From NCBI RefSeq assembly GCF_006345805.1, contig NC_043004.1, forward strand, positions 80,042,001 to 80,106,000: DNA of 64,000 nucleotides. Direction: 5' to 3'. The stretch is from Octopus sinensis. Taxonomy: Eukaryota. Under the pieces are notes generated by a model that ran no database searches, had not been told where the DNA came from, and saw only the letters and a program-made list of their open reading frames with translations. The position numbers and the translations under genes were made by a program. Of this stretch, positions 13,171-27,876 are shown one piece after another. Each line of letters starts with the position of its first letter. Position 1 is the stretch's first letter.

Positions 13171-14187
13171 GTTGTTGCTACCGTTGCTGCTACGGTTGTT
13201 TTTTCTAGCTCTTTCATTATAATCACCTCATTTATGAACAATGAGAAAATCGTATTGGTCTAAGATATTAAATGAATCTTCTTTTACCCATGTAAATTTT
13301 GTATACATAATGGCTCTATCTATTTCGATAAGCCAGTAAATTCCGACTTCCTAGATATACTGGTTTCTGTTATTTACTCAAATCGACTCTGACGGAACAC
13401 TTATTTTATCAGATAACACTCTCCCGGCAAAATCTGATTTCAGCATTCCTAAGCCGACTTTATTTCATTTCTAGTTTGCAAATAGCCGTATTTTCTATGC
13501 AATAGTTATAAGACTAAGACAGTGTAACTGTAGTTCAATTGCTGAAACCAGTATACATGAATGTTAAGATTGCTAGTTTTATTTTAATTGAAACAAGTTG
13601 TTAAGTTTATATTTGTATCAGAAACGTGGAAATATGCTTTAGCCAATTATGCCGATTTTCAAACTTTTCCAATTCAAAGCACGCTGAATGGGGTTAAGTA
13701 AGTTCGTCCGTTAGATTTTGAAATGGTAGGTACGAAAGTTCGCAGGTCTGTTTCTATTTATAAGTATTATTTTTAAACGAGGATAGCGATGCGCATTGCA
13801 TTTTGCCTCGCTTCAAAATATTTTGTAATTTTCTGACTACCCAGAAACTTGGAGCATACCAGGGAATCAAATGCAAGTTCTCGGTGAGCTGCGGCTTTGT
13901 GTGTGAAAATATCTACGCTGAGTGACCATTCAACTTACGAGAGACGGCAATCAACTTTCTCGAATAAGAGAATACAGTCAAACATACACTGTCAACACAA
14001 ATAAGGCAGAATTCCATGACGTATCAGTGCTAAACAGGGGCTAAACTATAGCAGCAGCTACTACTACTACAATTGAAGCAAGACAATATAATGGTCAAAT
14101 ATACATCGAATTATAAACAAGTTCCAACAAGCCGATTATTAATCAATATATATAATTTTTTCTTTTTGCTTTTGTTTTATGTTCCAG

Positions 14188-14432
14188 AGCCGCAAATATT
14201 TTGCCATTTCTATATTGGGTTGTGCAAAGATCTTACTAAGAAAATCTTTGTATGGCAGAATGGAGAAGCAAACATTTTTGATTTCTGGAGTGAGGATAAT
14301 CCCTCCAATACTATTGGCAGTGAAAACAGTGTAGGCTTCATAAAAACCCAGAATTACAGATGGAATGATCTTCATTGTAAAACACTGCGGATTGGGAGAC
14401 AAATATGTCAGATAGTTATACGAAAAATGTAG
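14188..14432 (+). CDS. Lectin gene copy 1, exon 3: C-terminal half of C-type lectin domain
   Basis: Acceptor TTCCAG|AG in phase 1; FYIGL, FVWQNG, W..DNPSN, RWND..C, IC; stop TAG at 14430-14432. The three exons total 780 nt, in frame. Confidence 0.85.
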
Positions 14433-15312
14433 CTGAAACAATCGTAATTACACACACGTCGTTGATTAAGATCAGTCAGAATGTTGCCATTGGTTTTACG
14501 TTTATTATTATTCTTAACTATAGTGGCGTCACGCTAGAGCTAATGGCTGGAGGCACATTACCTTCTTATTAATGGAGATATTTTACTCAATGTGGGTTGT
14601 GAAAATTACACATTAACGAAATGCTGTGTAGGAAAGAAACCTTCTGGGTGAGACGGAGTTATCTGCATTGATTGGTTTCATTTGTGTCCAGAAAGTGTCA
14701 GTTTATGTAAGAATTCCGTCCGCTAGTCAGTAGACGAGGAATTCCATGTCTTCAACGTAAATATTCTCCCATGTGGGCACTGGCAAAACATCTCACTTCT
14801 GGAATTGAAGAAAATTCTATTGACCCTAAATTTCCAAATGTAAGATATTTAGCTGGGGTCCACATCAGAGAAAATTCATGCTGGAGACCTGGAATTCTCC
14901 GCTTGCTAACTCATGAACGGAAATAGGGCATAAAAAAACATTGTACGGACACAAATGGGAGTGGTCAAAGGGAGATAAATTCATCTCAGCCAAAACAAAA
15001 TTTTACTTCAGAGAATTTCGTTTCAGAGTCTTATTTTTCGTTATTTTTCACTAGTCTGGATGACTAAGAGTGTGTTTTACCGCCATTTGTAAAGAGGTTC
15101 TATGCCTTCAATTAGTAACTGTTATGAGTAATCTATATTGCCCAGAGTAACAATGGACGTGAAACCACTGATAATTATCGGACTGACCATAATCAACGAC
15201 TACACTAAGTATTACTGCACAAATATATTTTAGCGTGTCATTTTTAGGGGGACTAATGAATAGGTGATAGTTTATACACACACGCACGAAAATACACATA
15301 GACACACACATA

Positions 15313-15401
<89 letters not shown>

Positions 15402-15411
15402 ATATATATAT

Positions 15412-15641
15412 ATTTCTTTACTACCCACAATAGGCTAAACACAGAGGAGACACACAAGGACAGACAAAGGGATTAAGTCGATTACATCGACCCCAGAGCG
15501 TAACTGGTACTTAATTTATCGACCCCGGAAGGATGAAAGGCAAAGTCGACCTCGGCGGAATTTGAACTCAGAACGTAACGGCAGACGTAATACGGCAACG
15601 CATTTCGCCCGGCGTGCTAACGTTTCTACCAGCTCGCTGCC
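15412..15641 (-). mobile_element. tRNA-derived SINE family B (Meta-domain-like core, Tx1-type tail)
   Basis: Head GGCAGCGAGCTGGTAGAAACGTTAGC, B-box-like GAGTTCAAATTCC, core GTCGACTTTGCCTTTCATCCTTCCGGGGTCGATAAATTAAGTACCAG (resembles the Sauria/MetaSINE core, from memory), tail GTGGGTAGTAAAGAAA. Confidence 0.75.
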
Positions 15642-15648
15642 TGTGTAC

Positions 15649-15763
<115 letters not shown>

Positions 15764-15913
15764 ACACTTTTAATTCTCAATATCATTTGTATTCTGTGTA
15801 AGTCGGACATTTTTACATGTATTACATTTCTACATTTATGTATTTACTGTATTTCATAATATTAATCTCCGTTTAACAATACATACAAACACACACATAT
15901 ATATATATATATA

Positions 15914-15981
<68 letters not shown>

Positions 15982-16252
15982 ATGGTCCCATTATTCAATC
16001 GGATTTTGGTAATTTGTGCCTTTCGAAACACGTGTAGAATGAAATAAAACGATTTCTGTTCAATCTGCGTTCAGCTCCATTTCTTCAATTCACCAATAAT
16101 GTTTTAATTTCAATTATCCGCACCAACGCACGGTTGCAACGCCAGATGGTTGTACCTCCAACCGTGCTGTTTACTGCTGTGATTTTTGCTACTAAGGTAT
16201 CGGTTAAACTGTTGATTAATCCACTACAAGATTATTCATCTTTCTATTTCAC

Positions 16253-16296
<44 letters not shown>

Positions 16297-16370
16297 CACA
16301 TATATATATATATATATATGCATATATATATATACATATATTCATATATATATATATACATATATATATA

Positions 16371-16763
16371 CTAGCAGTATCGCCCGGCGTTGCTCGGGTT
16401 GTAAGGGAAATAACTATATAAGCATTTTTAGAGAGTTATACCCAAAAAATAGCAAAAAAATGCATTAAAAATTGAAAAAAAATTAAGGTAAATTTTTTTT
16501 AAATCGTTGACACATCGTAGATATTTTTAGAGAGTTACTTCCCTTATATAAAAACGAAAAAAATGCATTAAAATGGAAAAATATGATGGTAGATTTTTTA
16601 AAATCGTAGACTCATCGTAGACGCGCGCTAATACCCAGAAGGGCTCGATATGAATCACGACTATAAGATACCCGCTTTTGGTTAAACTGCACCGCAAAAT
16701 GTGGGAGTAATTACGAATGTAAATCGAAGGGGGCAGACACACAACTTCACTCTTATATAAAGA
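16371..16763 (-). mobile_element. Non-autonomous Helitron-type element
   Basis: Minus strand: A|TCTTTATATAAGAGTGAAG ... CCCGAGCAACGCCGGGCGATACTGCTAG|T, with a subterminal CCCG/CGGG stem. Confidence 0.72.
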
Positions 16764-17549
16764 TGCTTTTTTTTTTCAGTCATAGAGTTAGATTTATGAA
16801 GGTCTTCAGTAGAAAATCCTTCGAATTCTGACTCGCTGCTTGATATAATGAAATTCGTATCCATTTTTTGTCAGAATTACAAATTTTGAAAACACAATAG
16901 GAACAAATTTCGGAAAAAAATCTCCCATAATTCGCGGAATTAAAATTACACTTCGATTTTTGTACAAAACTGTATTTGAAGTGTTTACGAAGTATAATAC
17001 GTGTTTTCACGAATGTACTAAAGAGATTTACTCTGATATTCTCATTTAAATATGAATAGGTAAATTCGGGCGGTTTGGTAACGAAAGGGTTTATATAAGT
17101 GTCGTCTGTTTATACATAAACACTGTTTCATAGTTTCAGTTTAGTCTTCCTCAAATCACTGTCGCTAATTTACTCTCTTCCAAGAACATTTTCACTCACT
17201 GTTATCTGTTAGCTTCCCATACATTTTACTCATGTATCTATCAGCGTGATAGACAGAAACAAATATTACATTTACTTTCATTTTATTCGTTGCCCACTGT
17301 GTGTGTGCGTTTGCGTGTGGTGTAAACCAGACTAAGAAAAGCATTTGACACACACACCAGAATGTGAGTTTTCTGTAAATTTTGCTTAATTGGAGTTTAA
17401 AATTTAAAAACTGGACCTGGCATGACGCGATGCATTGTACTCTTAAAACTGCTAGGTAAATTGTAATTGAAGAAATCCTATATTGTAGATTTGTATAACT
17501 CCCAAAGGGAGGCAGATAAAATCTGCCTTTTATAATAAGAGATTTACAG

Positions 17550-17608
<59 letters not shown>

Positions 17609-17611
17609 CAT

Positions 17612-18370
17612 CAGAGACTTGGGAGTAACAGTGGACAACAACATAAGCTGGGCTACACATATAAGCAGCAAAGTTGATATGGCCCGCAGAATGTGTTCCT
17701 GGATTCTCAGAACCTTCCAGTCGAGAGATTCCCACGCTATTATCTTTCTCTTCTCCACTTTTGCCCGACCTCACCTTTAATACTGCTGTCCACTGTGGTC
17801 TCCCTACACAAAACAAAATATTATGAGAAATAAAGCTCCCCAAAGGTCAATGACAAAAAAGATAGATGGCATGTCAGACCTTGACTACTGGGGTAGACAA
17901 GAGAAGCTGAAACTGTATTCACTCCAACGACGCCGTGAACGCTACATTATCTGTATGATGTGGAAAATATTCCATCAGCACTGTCCGAATGATGTTGGCA
18001 TCACCTTCAAAATACATGCAAGGCTTGGACCATGTGCCATCCATCCACAACAAAAATCTAAATCGCATCACATAACGACAATACGGCACAATTATTTCAC
18101 CTCAATTGGACCCGCTCTCTTCAACATTACACCAGGACACGTCAAAACAGAAACTGACTACACAAAATTCAAGAAGTCTTTGGACAAATTCCTTCAAACA
18201 GTCCCGGACAAACCACCCACACCCGGATATGTCTCCGCAAGCAATAACTCTCTGCTCGAATGGGCCTCGGTTCCCAAATCCTTAATTGAAAGACTTCGCC
18301 AGGTGGTGCTACTAAGTTAGACATGGCCTGGGCCAATACTGGCCAAAACCTTTCTAAGTTATTCTAAGTT
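17612..18370 (+). mobile_element. CR1/L2-group LINE family 2, 5'-truncated 3' fragment
   Basis: RDLGV..WATHI..WILRTF, YCCPLWSP, KLYSLQRRRERY, FKKSLDKFL..VPDKP; bracketed by (TA)n; second copy at 25504-26035. Confidence 0.85.
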
Positions 18371-18390
18371 ATATATATGTATACATATAC

Positions 18391-18479
<89 letters not shown>

Positions 18480-18813
18480 GATGTATAAATAAATAAATGG
18501 AGTTGAACGTAGATGTTAATAAATTTCCTTTATTTTCGACATATGTTTCGAAGACAACATGGTTCTATTCCAAAGAAATAAACGGTGTAAGATGCAATCT
18601 TCTCATCAGGAAAGAAAGAGAGCCTTTATTTATTTATTCATCTATAACACACAAATTATTGCACATAACCCGGAGTTGCTACCTTTGGATAGGTTGCTTC
18701 AACCGTATTTCTAACGTGAATTTGCAGCCCTAGTAAGAGTTAGTTGAATTTTCCATGTTCACGGTAAACATGGGATAATTCATTCACCTATCGAAATATA
18801 TATATACATGTAC

Positions 18814-18896
<83 letters not shown>

Positions 18897-18914
18897 TATA
18901 TATATATATATATG

Positions 18915-19870
18915 TTTTTTTTTCTAGTTTCAGCTTGAAGCTGCGGCCATGCTGATGCACCGCCGTTTTGTGCTACACTGTTATTGCAACGAACCTCGTC
19001 TAATATGTCGCATTTGGTGAAGAATGGAGTTTGATTCAGCTACTCTCATTTGCACTTCTTGCCGTGAGGTAGGTTCGTCTGGGACACTTGACAGGAAGAT
19101 GTCCAGCTTTGATTTAAAAACCGCTACATCTACTTTGTGCAAGTTCCTCAGACTCTTTGGGAGGATATTAAAAAGCTGTGGGCCCTTGAAACCCAGGCTG
19201 TTGCAGAAGCTGGTCCTGAAGCGTGATGGCATTGCTGGGATCTTTGGCACTATGCAGTGTCGTCCCGTTCTAGCATTGGTGTAGCTTACAATGCCAAAAT
19301 TTGGCACAATTCCTTCCAAGATCTTCCAGACATATATTACTGCATACCTCTCCCGTCTTCTCTCCAGGGAGTAGAGTCTTAGCTTTTTCAACCTTTCCCA
19401 GTAGCTGAGCTGTTGCAAAGAGACGACCTTCTTTGTGAATCTTCTCTGGATTGCTTCAAGGTCTGCTGTTAATTTTACACTGGTGGGTGACCATAGCTGT
19501 GAGCAGTAATCCAGGCGACTGAGGACGAATGTCCACCAGAGGACCATCATGGGTTCCTTATTTCTGGTTCTGAATGTTCTTAGGATCCACCCAGCCAGTC
19601 GTCTGCACTTTGTTGCCATCCTGGTAATGTGCACTTGGAAAGAGGTATCATCACTCATGTCGATACCCAGGTCCCTCACAGACTTAGGCTCTGGGATTGA
19701 AATTCCCTGTGGACCGGTGTATCTTGTAAGTTTAATATTCAGTTTGGGATGCTGGTAGCGTAGGGCCTGGAATTTTGCAGCATTAAACTGCATATTATTA
19801 TCCTCAGCCCATCTGTAGATTGAGTCCAACTCCTGCTGCAGGTGTGCAACAGCGCTGGGGTTCTGTATTG
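18915..19870 (-). mobile_element. CR1/L2-group LINE family 1, 5'-truncated copy
   Basis: ORF 18981-19829: [35 protein letters not shown]; 3' end GGCGGTGCATCAGCATGGCCGCAGCTTCAAGCTGAAACTAGA. Confidence 0.92.
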
Positions 19871-19966
19871 GCTAAACTGGCAAAATGGCCAATCCGAAAT
19901 ATAACAATATCTGTTTCAACACACGACTTCACATAAAAAATCTTGCACAACAAATATATAAACGTA
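19871..19966 (+). repeat. Dispersed repeat fragment also present at 43505-43650 (-) and 43850-43935 (+)
   Basis: GGCTAAACTGGCAAAAT..CCGAAAT..ACAAT shared by all three copies. Confidence 0.75.
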
Positions 19967-20017
19967 TATATATATGTATATACATATATATATATATATA
20001 TATATTAATATATATAC

Positions 20018-20050
<33 letters not shown>

Positions 20051-20147
20051 CATATATACATATATACATATATACATATATATATACACATATATATACA
20101 TATATATATGTACACATATATATATTTATATATATATACATATATAC

Positions 20148-20182
<35 letters not shown>

Positions 20183-20204
20183 CGTATATATATATATACA
20201 TATA

Positions 20205-21453
20205 CAGGGTGTCCCCAAAAAATGTATGCACACTTTAAACAATTGTAAAGTTGTTGTTTATTAAAAGACACTTCATTTTCAAAATTTAATAGAATCTACA
20301 GACATTATTTTATTGTTTTGTCAATGCCTGTTTTCAAACTGATGTCCGGTCTGGTCCAGGCACTGCTGACAACGCAAAGGAATGGAATCACAAATATCAC
20401 AAAAGAATTTGTTTGTCATTTGTGTGCACTCTCGTCCAATGGCTGCTCTCAAATCAGCGATTTGTAGGTTTCATAGCGTAGAATTTGTCTTTAAGGTATC
20501 CCCATAAAAAAAAGTCTAGTGGTGTGAGGTCTGGTGAGTTCAACCATACCTCTTCATCCAATCCACCTGTTTAGCAAGATCTCATCAAGGAAGGATCTAA
20601 CATAGCAATGGTAGTGTGGGGGTGCCCCATCTTTCTGAAAATAAAACTCCTCATCTTCAAAGTCTTTTCTAATGCTTGGCATAACACACTGTTGCAACAA
20701 GTTCAAGTAAACGGGACCAGTCACAGTAGCATAACAAAAGAATGGTCCAATTAATCCTCTTGATGATAAACCACACCACACAAATATCAAATTAACATGG
20801 TGTTTCACCATAACATCCAGATTCTCAGGACCCCAGTAGGTGCAATTGTGGCAGTTAATTGAACCATTTAATTTGAATGTGGCTTCATCACTCCACACAA
20901 TCTTTGTTGGAAAGTGTGCAGCTTCTACACATCGTTCCAAGTACCACTCGCAATGCTGCACTCTTTCGTCTGTATCATCATCATTAATAGCATGGACTAA
21001 TCTTGGAATGTAACTTTTCCATTGACAATGCTTGAAAATGCATTGGACAGATGATTTTGGAATACCTACCTCATGACTCGCTTTGCCGCACAGATTTTCT
21101 TGGACTTTGGTGATTCATTTGCAGTACTCCTTGCTTTATTGGGGGTTGTTGATGTTCGGGGTTTTCTGGAATGCTTATCGTGGACATTCTGAACAGTTCC
21201 ATCAGCTTCAAACTTATCTCTAATTCAAGTGATAGGGAGTTGCATTGGTGGATCTGTTTGAAACTCCCTCCCCAACTGTTTTTGCACTTCAACTGCATTT
21301 TCACACTTCCAGTATCATTTTAGAATGAATTTTCTTTGTTCAAAGCTTAATCTGACTGCCATCATTAAATCCTATAGGTTTCATCTGGAAAGAAAAAATA
21401 TCAATTGAGTTATCAGCTGCTAAAGTGTGTATACATTTTTTTGGGACACCCTG
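20205..21453 (-). mobile_element. Tc1/mariner-superfamily DNA transposon, decayed transposase, intact TIRs and TA TSD
   Basis: TIR CAGGGTGTCCC(C)AAAAAATGTAT(G/A)CACACTTTA at both ends, with TA flanks 20203-4 and 21454-5. Minus-strand [34 protein letters not shown], and a PDLTPLDFF-like motif. Confidence 0.92.
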
Positions 21454-21507
<54 letters not shown>

Positions 21508-21511
<4 letters not shown>

Positions 21512-24348
21512 ATCAAGCCTTATGCATAGCACTCACAGAAACGCATCTGAAACCGGACATAGCAGATGCGGAATTACACATACCACAGTATGTTGTACTA
21601 CGGACCGACAGGAAAGAAAGAAGTCATGGAGGAGTTGCTATGTACATCCGTGGGGACCTCACACCCCAGGTCCTTTTGTCATACTCAAACTCGGTGTGTG
21701 ACACACTAATTGTACACATAAGGCAACTTGATGTAGTTGTGTGTGCTACATATCGCCCTCCAGATGCCCCAAGTCATATGGGCAAATTTGAGGACTGCCT
21801 TTTAAAAATAGAAGAAGTTCTAACCACATTAGAACAACACATAAGTGTACTTCTCATGGGAGACTTCAATCTACCGAATGTCAGATGGCCCGAGGGCCTT
21901 TCTCTCCCAGGAATGACAAGATGTGAACGAGGACAGGCGAGGTCCCTCCTGAACCTCACCAACACCCTGTACATGGAGCAAGTAATACTCCAACCAACCA
22001 GAGCAGGTAACACACTGGATCTCTGCTTCACAAATAAGATGGATCTCATCCATAATGTGAAAGTGACACCGACACTACTCTCGGATCACAACATGGTAGA
22101 GCTGACCATGTACGGGCCAAAAGAGAGCACGGACATGCAGCCTACAAGAAACCCTCAGAATCTTTCCAGCTTGAACTTCAATAAGGCAAACTGGAAACAA
22201 ATTGAGAAAGAGATCCTCAAACAAAACTGGCCTGAATGTCTCTCCTCGCCGGACATCGACATGATACTCCAACAATTCATGTCTGTAATGCAAGCCATAT
22301 GCTACAAATGTGTCCCAGAGAGAAAGGCCACTGTACACAAGAACAAAATCCCCAGAGAGAGGAAAATTTTAATGAGACGGCGTACAAAAATTTCAAATCG
22401 CCTAAACAAACAAATTGAAAGCAGTGAAAAGTCCCGCCTGAAAATAAAACTGTTGGAAATTGAAAATTGTCTGCAACTCTCCCATGAGAAGGAAAGAGCA
22501 GACAAAGAAGCCTGGGCTATAGACAACATAAAAACTAACCCCAGAGCTTTCTACAGGTATGCCAAAGAAACAGCTACGGTGCACTGTAGGATAGGGCCAC
22601 TCCTTGAAAAGGATGGCACACTCACAGGAAAACCAATGAGGGTAAGTGAAATACTGAATGAACAATTCAAGAGTGTTTTCACTCCACCCCTTGGGCATTT
22701 CCAAATCACCAATCCAACTGACTTCTTTACCACTGCAGATATAGAATCAGAGGCGGAGACGATAAATTACATCGATATAAAGGAAGACGATGTAATAAAG
22801 GCTATAGATGAAATGAAAACAGACTCAGCTATTGGCCCCGATGGATTCCCGGCAATCCACCTAAAAGTATGTAAGAGAGTCTTAGCAAGACCACTGCAGT
22901 TCCTCTTTCAGAGCTTCCTTGCAGCTGGCAAACTTCCAAGAAAACTGAAGGAAGGTAAAATATGCCCTATTCATAAAGGAGGTAGCAGAGCGGAGGCCAA
23001 GAACTACAGACCTATCTCTCTGACCTCACACATCAGCAAGGTCATGGAACGAATAGTCAGAAGGAAACTAATCACCTTCCTTGAAGAAAATAACTTGCTG
23101 CCTGACACCCAACATGTTTTCAGACCAGGAAGAAGCTGCTTAACTCAGCTCCTGCAGCACTATGACTGGGTGCTGAAACAACTGCTCAACCACTCAAATG
23201 TGGAAGTCATATATCTCGACTTCGCGAAGGCCTTCGATAAAGTCGATCATGGAATGATATATCACAAACTGCGTGATCTTGGCATAGTTGGAAAACTAGG
23301 AGAATGGCTTCACGACTTTCTGAAGAATAGAAGTCAGGTGGTAGTAGCCAATGGGGCCACTTCCATTAGCACGCAAATAGTGAGCGGTGTTCCACAGGGC
23401 ACTGTTTTGGGACCACTACTGTTCATAATGGCCCTCTCAGACATGCCCTCAGCCACGCGGAGAGCCACGATCACAAGTTATGCAGATGATACAAAAGTTT
23501 CACAGGCAATACAGAACCCTGAAGACACTAGGCACCTGCAATATGAGCTGGACGAAATATACAAGTGGGCTGAAAAGAATAGCATGCAGTTCAATGCTGA
23601 AAAGTTTCAAGCTTTATACTATCAGCATGCAAAACTGAATGCAATACCCAAGGAATACACTGGACCCGGAGGGATTGCAATCCCAGAGGCACAATCAGTG
23701 CGGGACCTGGGTATTCACATGAGTGATGACGCGACCTTTCATGTACATGTTGCTAAACTGACAATGAAATGCAGACGGCTGGCTGGATGGATTCTTAGAA
23801 CCTTTAGAACAAGAGAACAAGAAACCATGATGGTCCTCTGGAAGACACTTGTCCTAAGCCACTTTGACTATTGCTCTCAGCTATGGTCACCATCCAGTGT
23901 CAAGTTGATCACAGAACTTGAGGCGATCCAACGAAGCTACACGAAGAAGATAGCCTTTATGCAGAATGTAAGCTACTGGGAAAGACTCAAGAGATTAAAA
24001 TTATATTCCCTGGAGCGTAGGCTGGAAAGATATGCCATAATATACATCTGGAAGATCCTGGAGGGAAGTGTCCTGAACTTTGGCATCGAGAGTTACGCAA
24101 ATGCCAGAACTGGGCGCCACTGCGTGGTGCCTAGGACTCCAAACTTGCCATCAAGATGTAGGACAAAATTCTGTGATAGCCTGGGCTTCCGAGGCCCACA
24201 GCTCTTCAATATCCTCCCGAAGAACCTGAGAGACCTGCATGGGGTGGATACAGATGTCTTTAAAATGGAGCTGGATCTCTTCCTGTCAGGTGGGGCAGAT
24301 GAGGGCAGCTGCATCGAACTCTCTCATGCACCAAATAGCAGTTGCTAG
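21508..24348 (+). CDS. LINE ORF2: AP-endonuclease + reverse transcriptase (open frame; true start lost at the TA tract)
   Basis: LTETHL, YRPP, MGDFNLP, LDLCFT, SDH (APE); [46 protein letters not shown] (RT). Confidence 0.9.
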
Positions 24349-24444
24349 AAATCCTCCATGAAGTGAAACCAAGTAGCAACACCAAATGGCGGTGCCCCAG
24401 CATGGCCACAGCTCATAAGCTGAAACTAGAATCAATCAATCAAT

Positions 24445-24448
<4 letters not shown>
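21508..24448 (+). mobile_element. CR1/L2-group LINE family 1, near-complete ORF2 with 3' UTR and (ATCA)n tail
   Basis: See the CDS entry; flanked by (TA)n on both sides; 3' end GGCGGTGCCCCAGCATGGCCACAGCTCATAAGCTGAAACTAGAATCAATCAATC. Confidence 0.95.
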
Positions 24449-24692
<244 letters not shown>

Positions 24693-25286
24693 AGAGATAG
24701 ATATATATGTATTTATATGGCATGTAAATTTATTCATTGTATAGAATATTGACAGAGTAAAATAAAATTTATTTTGAAATGAACGATGAACAAAATTTTT
24801 TCGTGACTAATATAATAGATATAATGATTTCCAATTTAGGGAAAATCTAGAGCGTGTTTCATTTTCTTTGAGTGGAGAGTCACTTATAGAAGTGTTAAAC
24901 TTGCCGTAACATGCCGCAGAATAAGCGATCGAAATGCTCATTGAACTTCATTTGATGACCTGTAGGAATGACATTTGTGTGCTATTTACCTGTTCAAATA
25001 ACGGTCTTAAGCATGCGAGAAACAAAATAAACAAAATAAAGGCATTCAATATAAATTATAAAATATAAAATATAAAAATCGTGGAAAAACCTTAAGTCGA
25101 AGAGCGGATTCAAAATACATATTGTTATTAATGATATATGAAATATAATTCGAGTAATACAATTAATACATTAAAAATTAAAATATTTCACAATGGTATA
25201 TACGCATACTAAATCATCAATACACATATATACATCAAAATACAGAGAGAGATGTACACAGACCACATACGTATGCACCTTATTAC

Positions 25287-25410
25287 AATAGCTCATTCAT
25301 GAATAGTGGAATCTCTGAGAAGATCCAGTATAACCAAATTAATGTTAGCAGTAATGCTTCAAGTAGAACTAGGATTAGGAAAGTTTTGTGGTTCAACCCA
25401 GCTTTCAATT
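25287..25410 (+). mobile_element. Small Penelope-like element fragment
   Basis: Encodes RTRIRKVLWFNPAF, resembling the RxRxIxWFNPP motif of invertebrate Penelope-like elements. Confidence 0.5.
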
Positions 25411-25503
25411 TATACATACATATATATATATATACATATATATATATACACACATACATATATATATATATATACATGTATATATGCACACATATATATA
25501 TAC

Positions 25504-26142
<639 letters not shown>

Positions 26143-26376
26143 TATTTATATATACATATATACATATATATATACATATATATATATATACATGTATATA
26201 CATATTTATACATATATATATAAATATCTATATATATATACATATATACATGCATATATAAATGCATATACATACATATATATACAGGTATATATGTATG
26301 TATATATACATATACATATACCTGTAAATGTATACATATACATATATACACACACACACATATATATATATACATC

Positions 26377-26407
<31 letters not shown>

Positions 26408-26429
26408 GTTATTTATTTAGTTATATATA

Positions 26430-26647
26430 TATATTTGTATGTCTGTTTATCGCCCCAGCATCGCTTGAAAAAAGATGTTGGTGTGTTTCCATTCCCGTAA
26501 GTCACCGGTTCAGCAAAAGATACTGATAGAATAGGTGCTAGGCTTACAAAGAATAAGACCTGGTTTCGATTTGTACGACAAATGTGGTACTCCAGTATGG
26601 ATGCAGTGAAATGACGGAATTTGACACAAGAATAAAAGAATAAAAAA

Positions 26648-26648
<1 letters not shown>
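26430..26648 (+). mobile_element. SINE family A, 3' half
   Basis: CATCGCTTGA..GGTTCAGCAAAAGATACTGATAGAATAGGTGCTAGGCTTACAAAGAATAAG ... AAGAATAAAAGAATAAAA. Confidence 0.75.
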
Positions 26649-26685
<37 letters not shown>

Positions 26686-26968
26686 GTCTTTTTCATTATT
26701 AAATATGTTTCGTCATTTTCATTGATAATTTTACTCTAACTTTTTAGACCACATCTTCACGAGTTTAATTTAATTTTAAGTTTAAAATTCAGTTAAATGC
26801 TATTTATCGACGAGATAAATAACGTTTTTTATTTAACAATATTATTTAACTTTTGAATTGTATTGTGTTTGATTATTATTATTATTATTGTTGTTAAAAT
26901 AATAATTTATATATAAGTTCTTGATAATTATTAATTATGAAATGTATATCTATTTATTTACTATTTTT

Positions 26969-27346
26969 CTTTTACTCTTTTACTTGTTTCAGTCATTTGA
27001 CTGTGGCCATGCTGGAGCACCGCCTTTGGTCAAGCAAATCGTCCCCAGGACTTATTCTTTGTAAGTCCAGTACTTATTCTATCGGTCTCTTTTGCCGAAC
27101 CGCTAAGTTACGGGGACGTGAACACACCAGCATCGGTTGTCAAGCAATGCTTCGGGGACAAACACAGACACACAAACACATACACACACATACATATATA
27201 TATACATATATACGACAGGCTTCTTTCAGTTTGGTCGACCCGAGGCTATAGCAGAAGTCACTTGCCCAAGATGCCACGCAGTGGGACTGAACCCGAAACC
27301 ATGTGGTTGGTTAGCAAGCTACTTACCACACAGCCACTCCTGCGCC
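26969..27346 (-). mobile_element. SINE family A, full length
   Basis: Head GGCGCAGGAGTGGCTGTGTGGTAAG..GGTTCAGTCCC; tail GGCGGTGCTCCAGCATGGCCACAGTCAAATGACTGAAACAAGTAAAAGAGTAAAA. Confidence 0.9.
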
Positions 27347-27801
27347 ATTTATTATGTTTATTATTATTTTTATAATGTGATTTAATGTATTATATATAAT
27401 TTAATTTGAGAAATAGTTTTGTAAGACAATATATTATTAAATAGTTAGGTGGTCTATTTATTACGTAGTATTACATTTAAGTAAATATGTTAAATATCAA
27501 TTGATATTTTGGTCAACTATATAAAAGAATAAAATATTAAATCTATAAACATTACATATACATTAATAATATAGATAGTTTATATATAGGTGTGTATATA
27601 TTTGAACCATTTTCTATTTTTAATTCTAATATTTTTAGCTTGTACTAGCATTCTGTATATTACTTAACATGAAGTTTTTTGGTATACATTACGTAATGAG
27701 AATAAGATTTTATTTAGATATTTATTAAATTAATTAATTAATTAATTAATAATTTTATTTATAATATATCGACTAAATTGTAGTATTTACTTTTCACTTA
27801 A

Positions 27802-27876
<75 letters not shown>

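Noticed and set aside
16024-16040. GAAACACGTGTA, identical to helix III of the hammerhead family
   Set aside because: No CTGANGA core or helix II upstream; too short to call.
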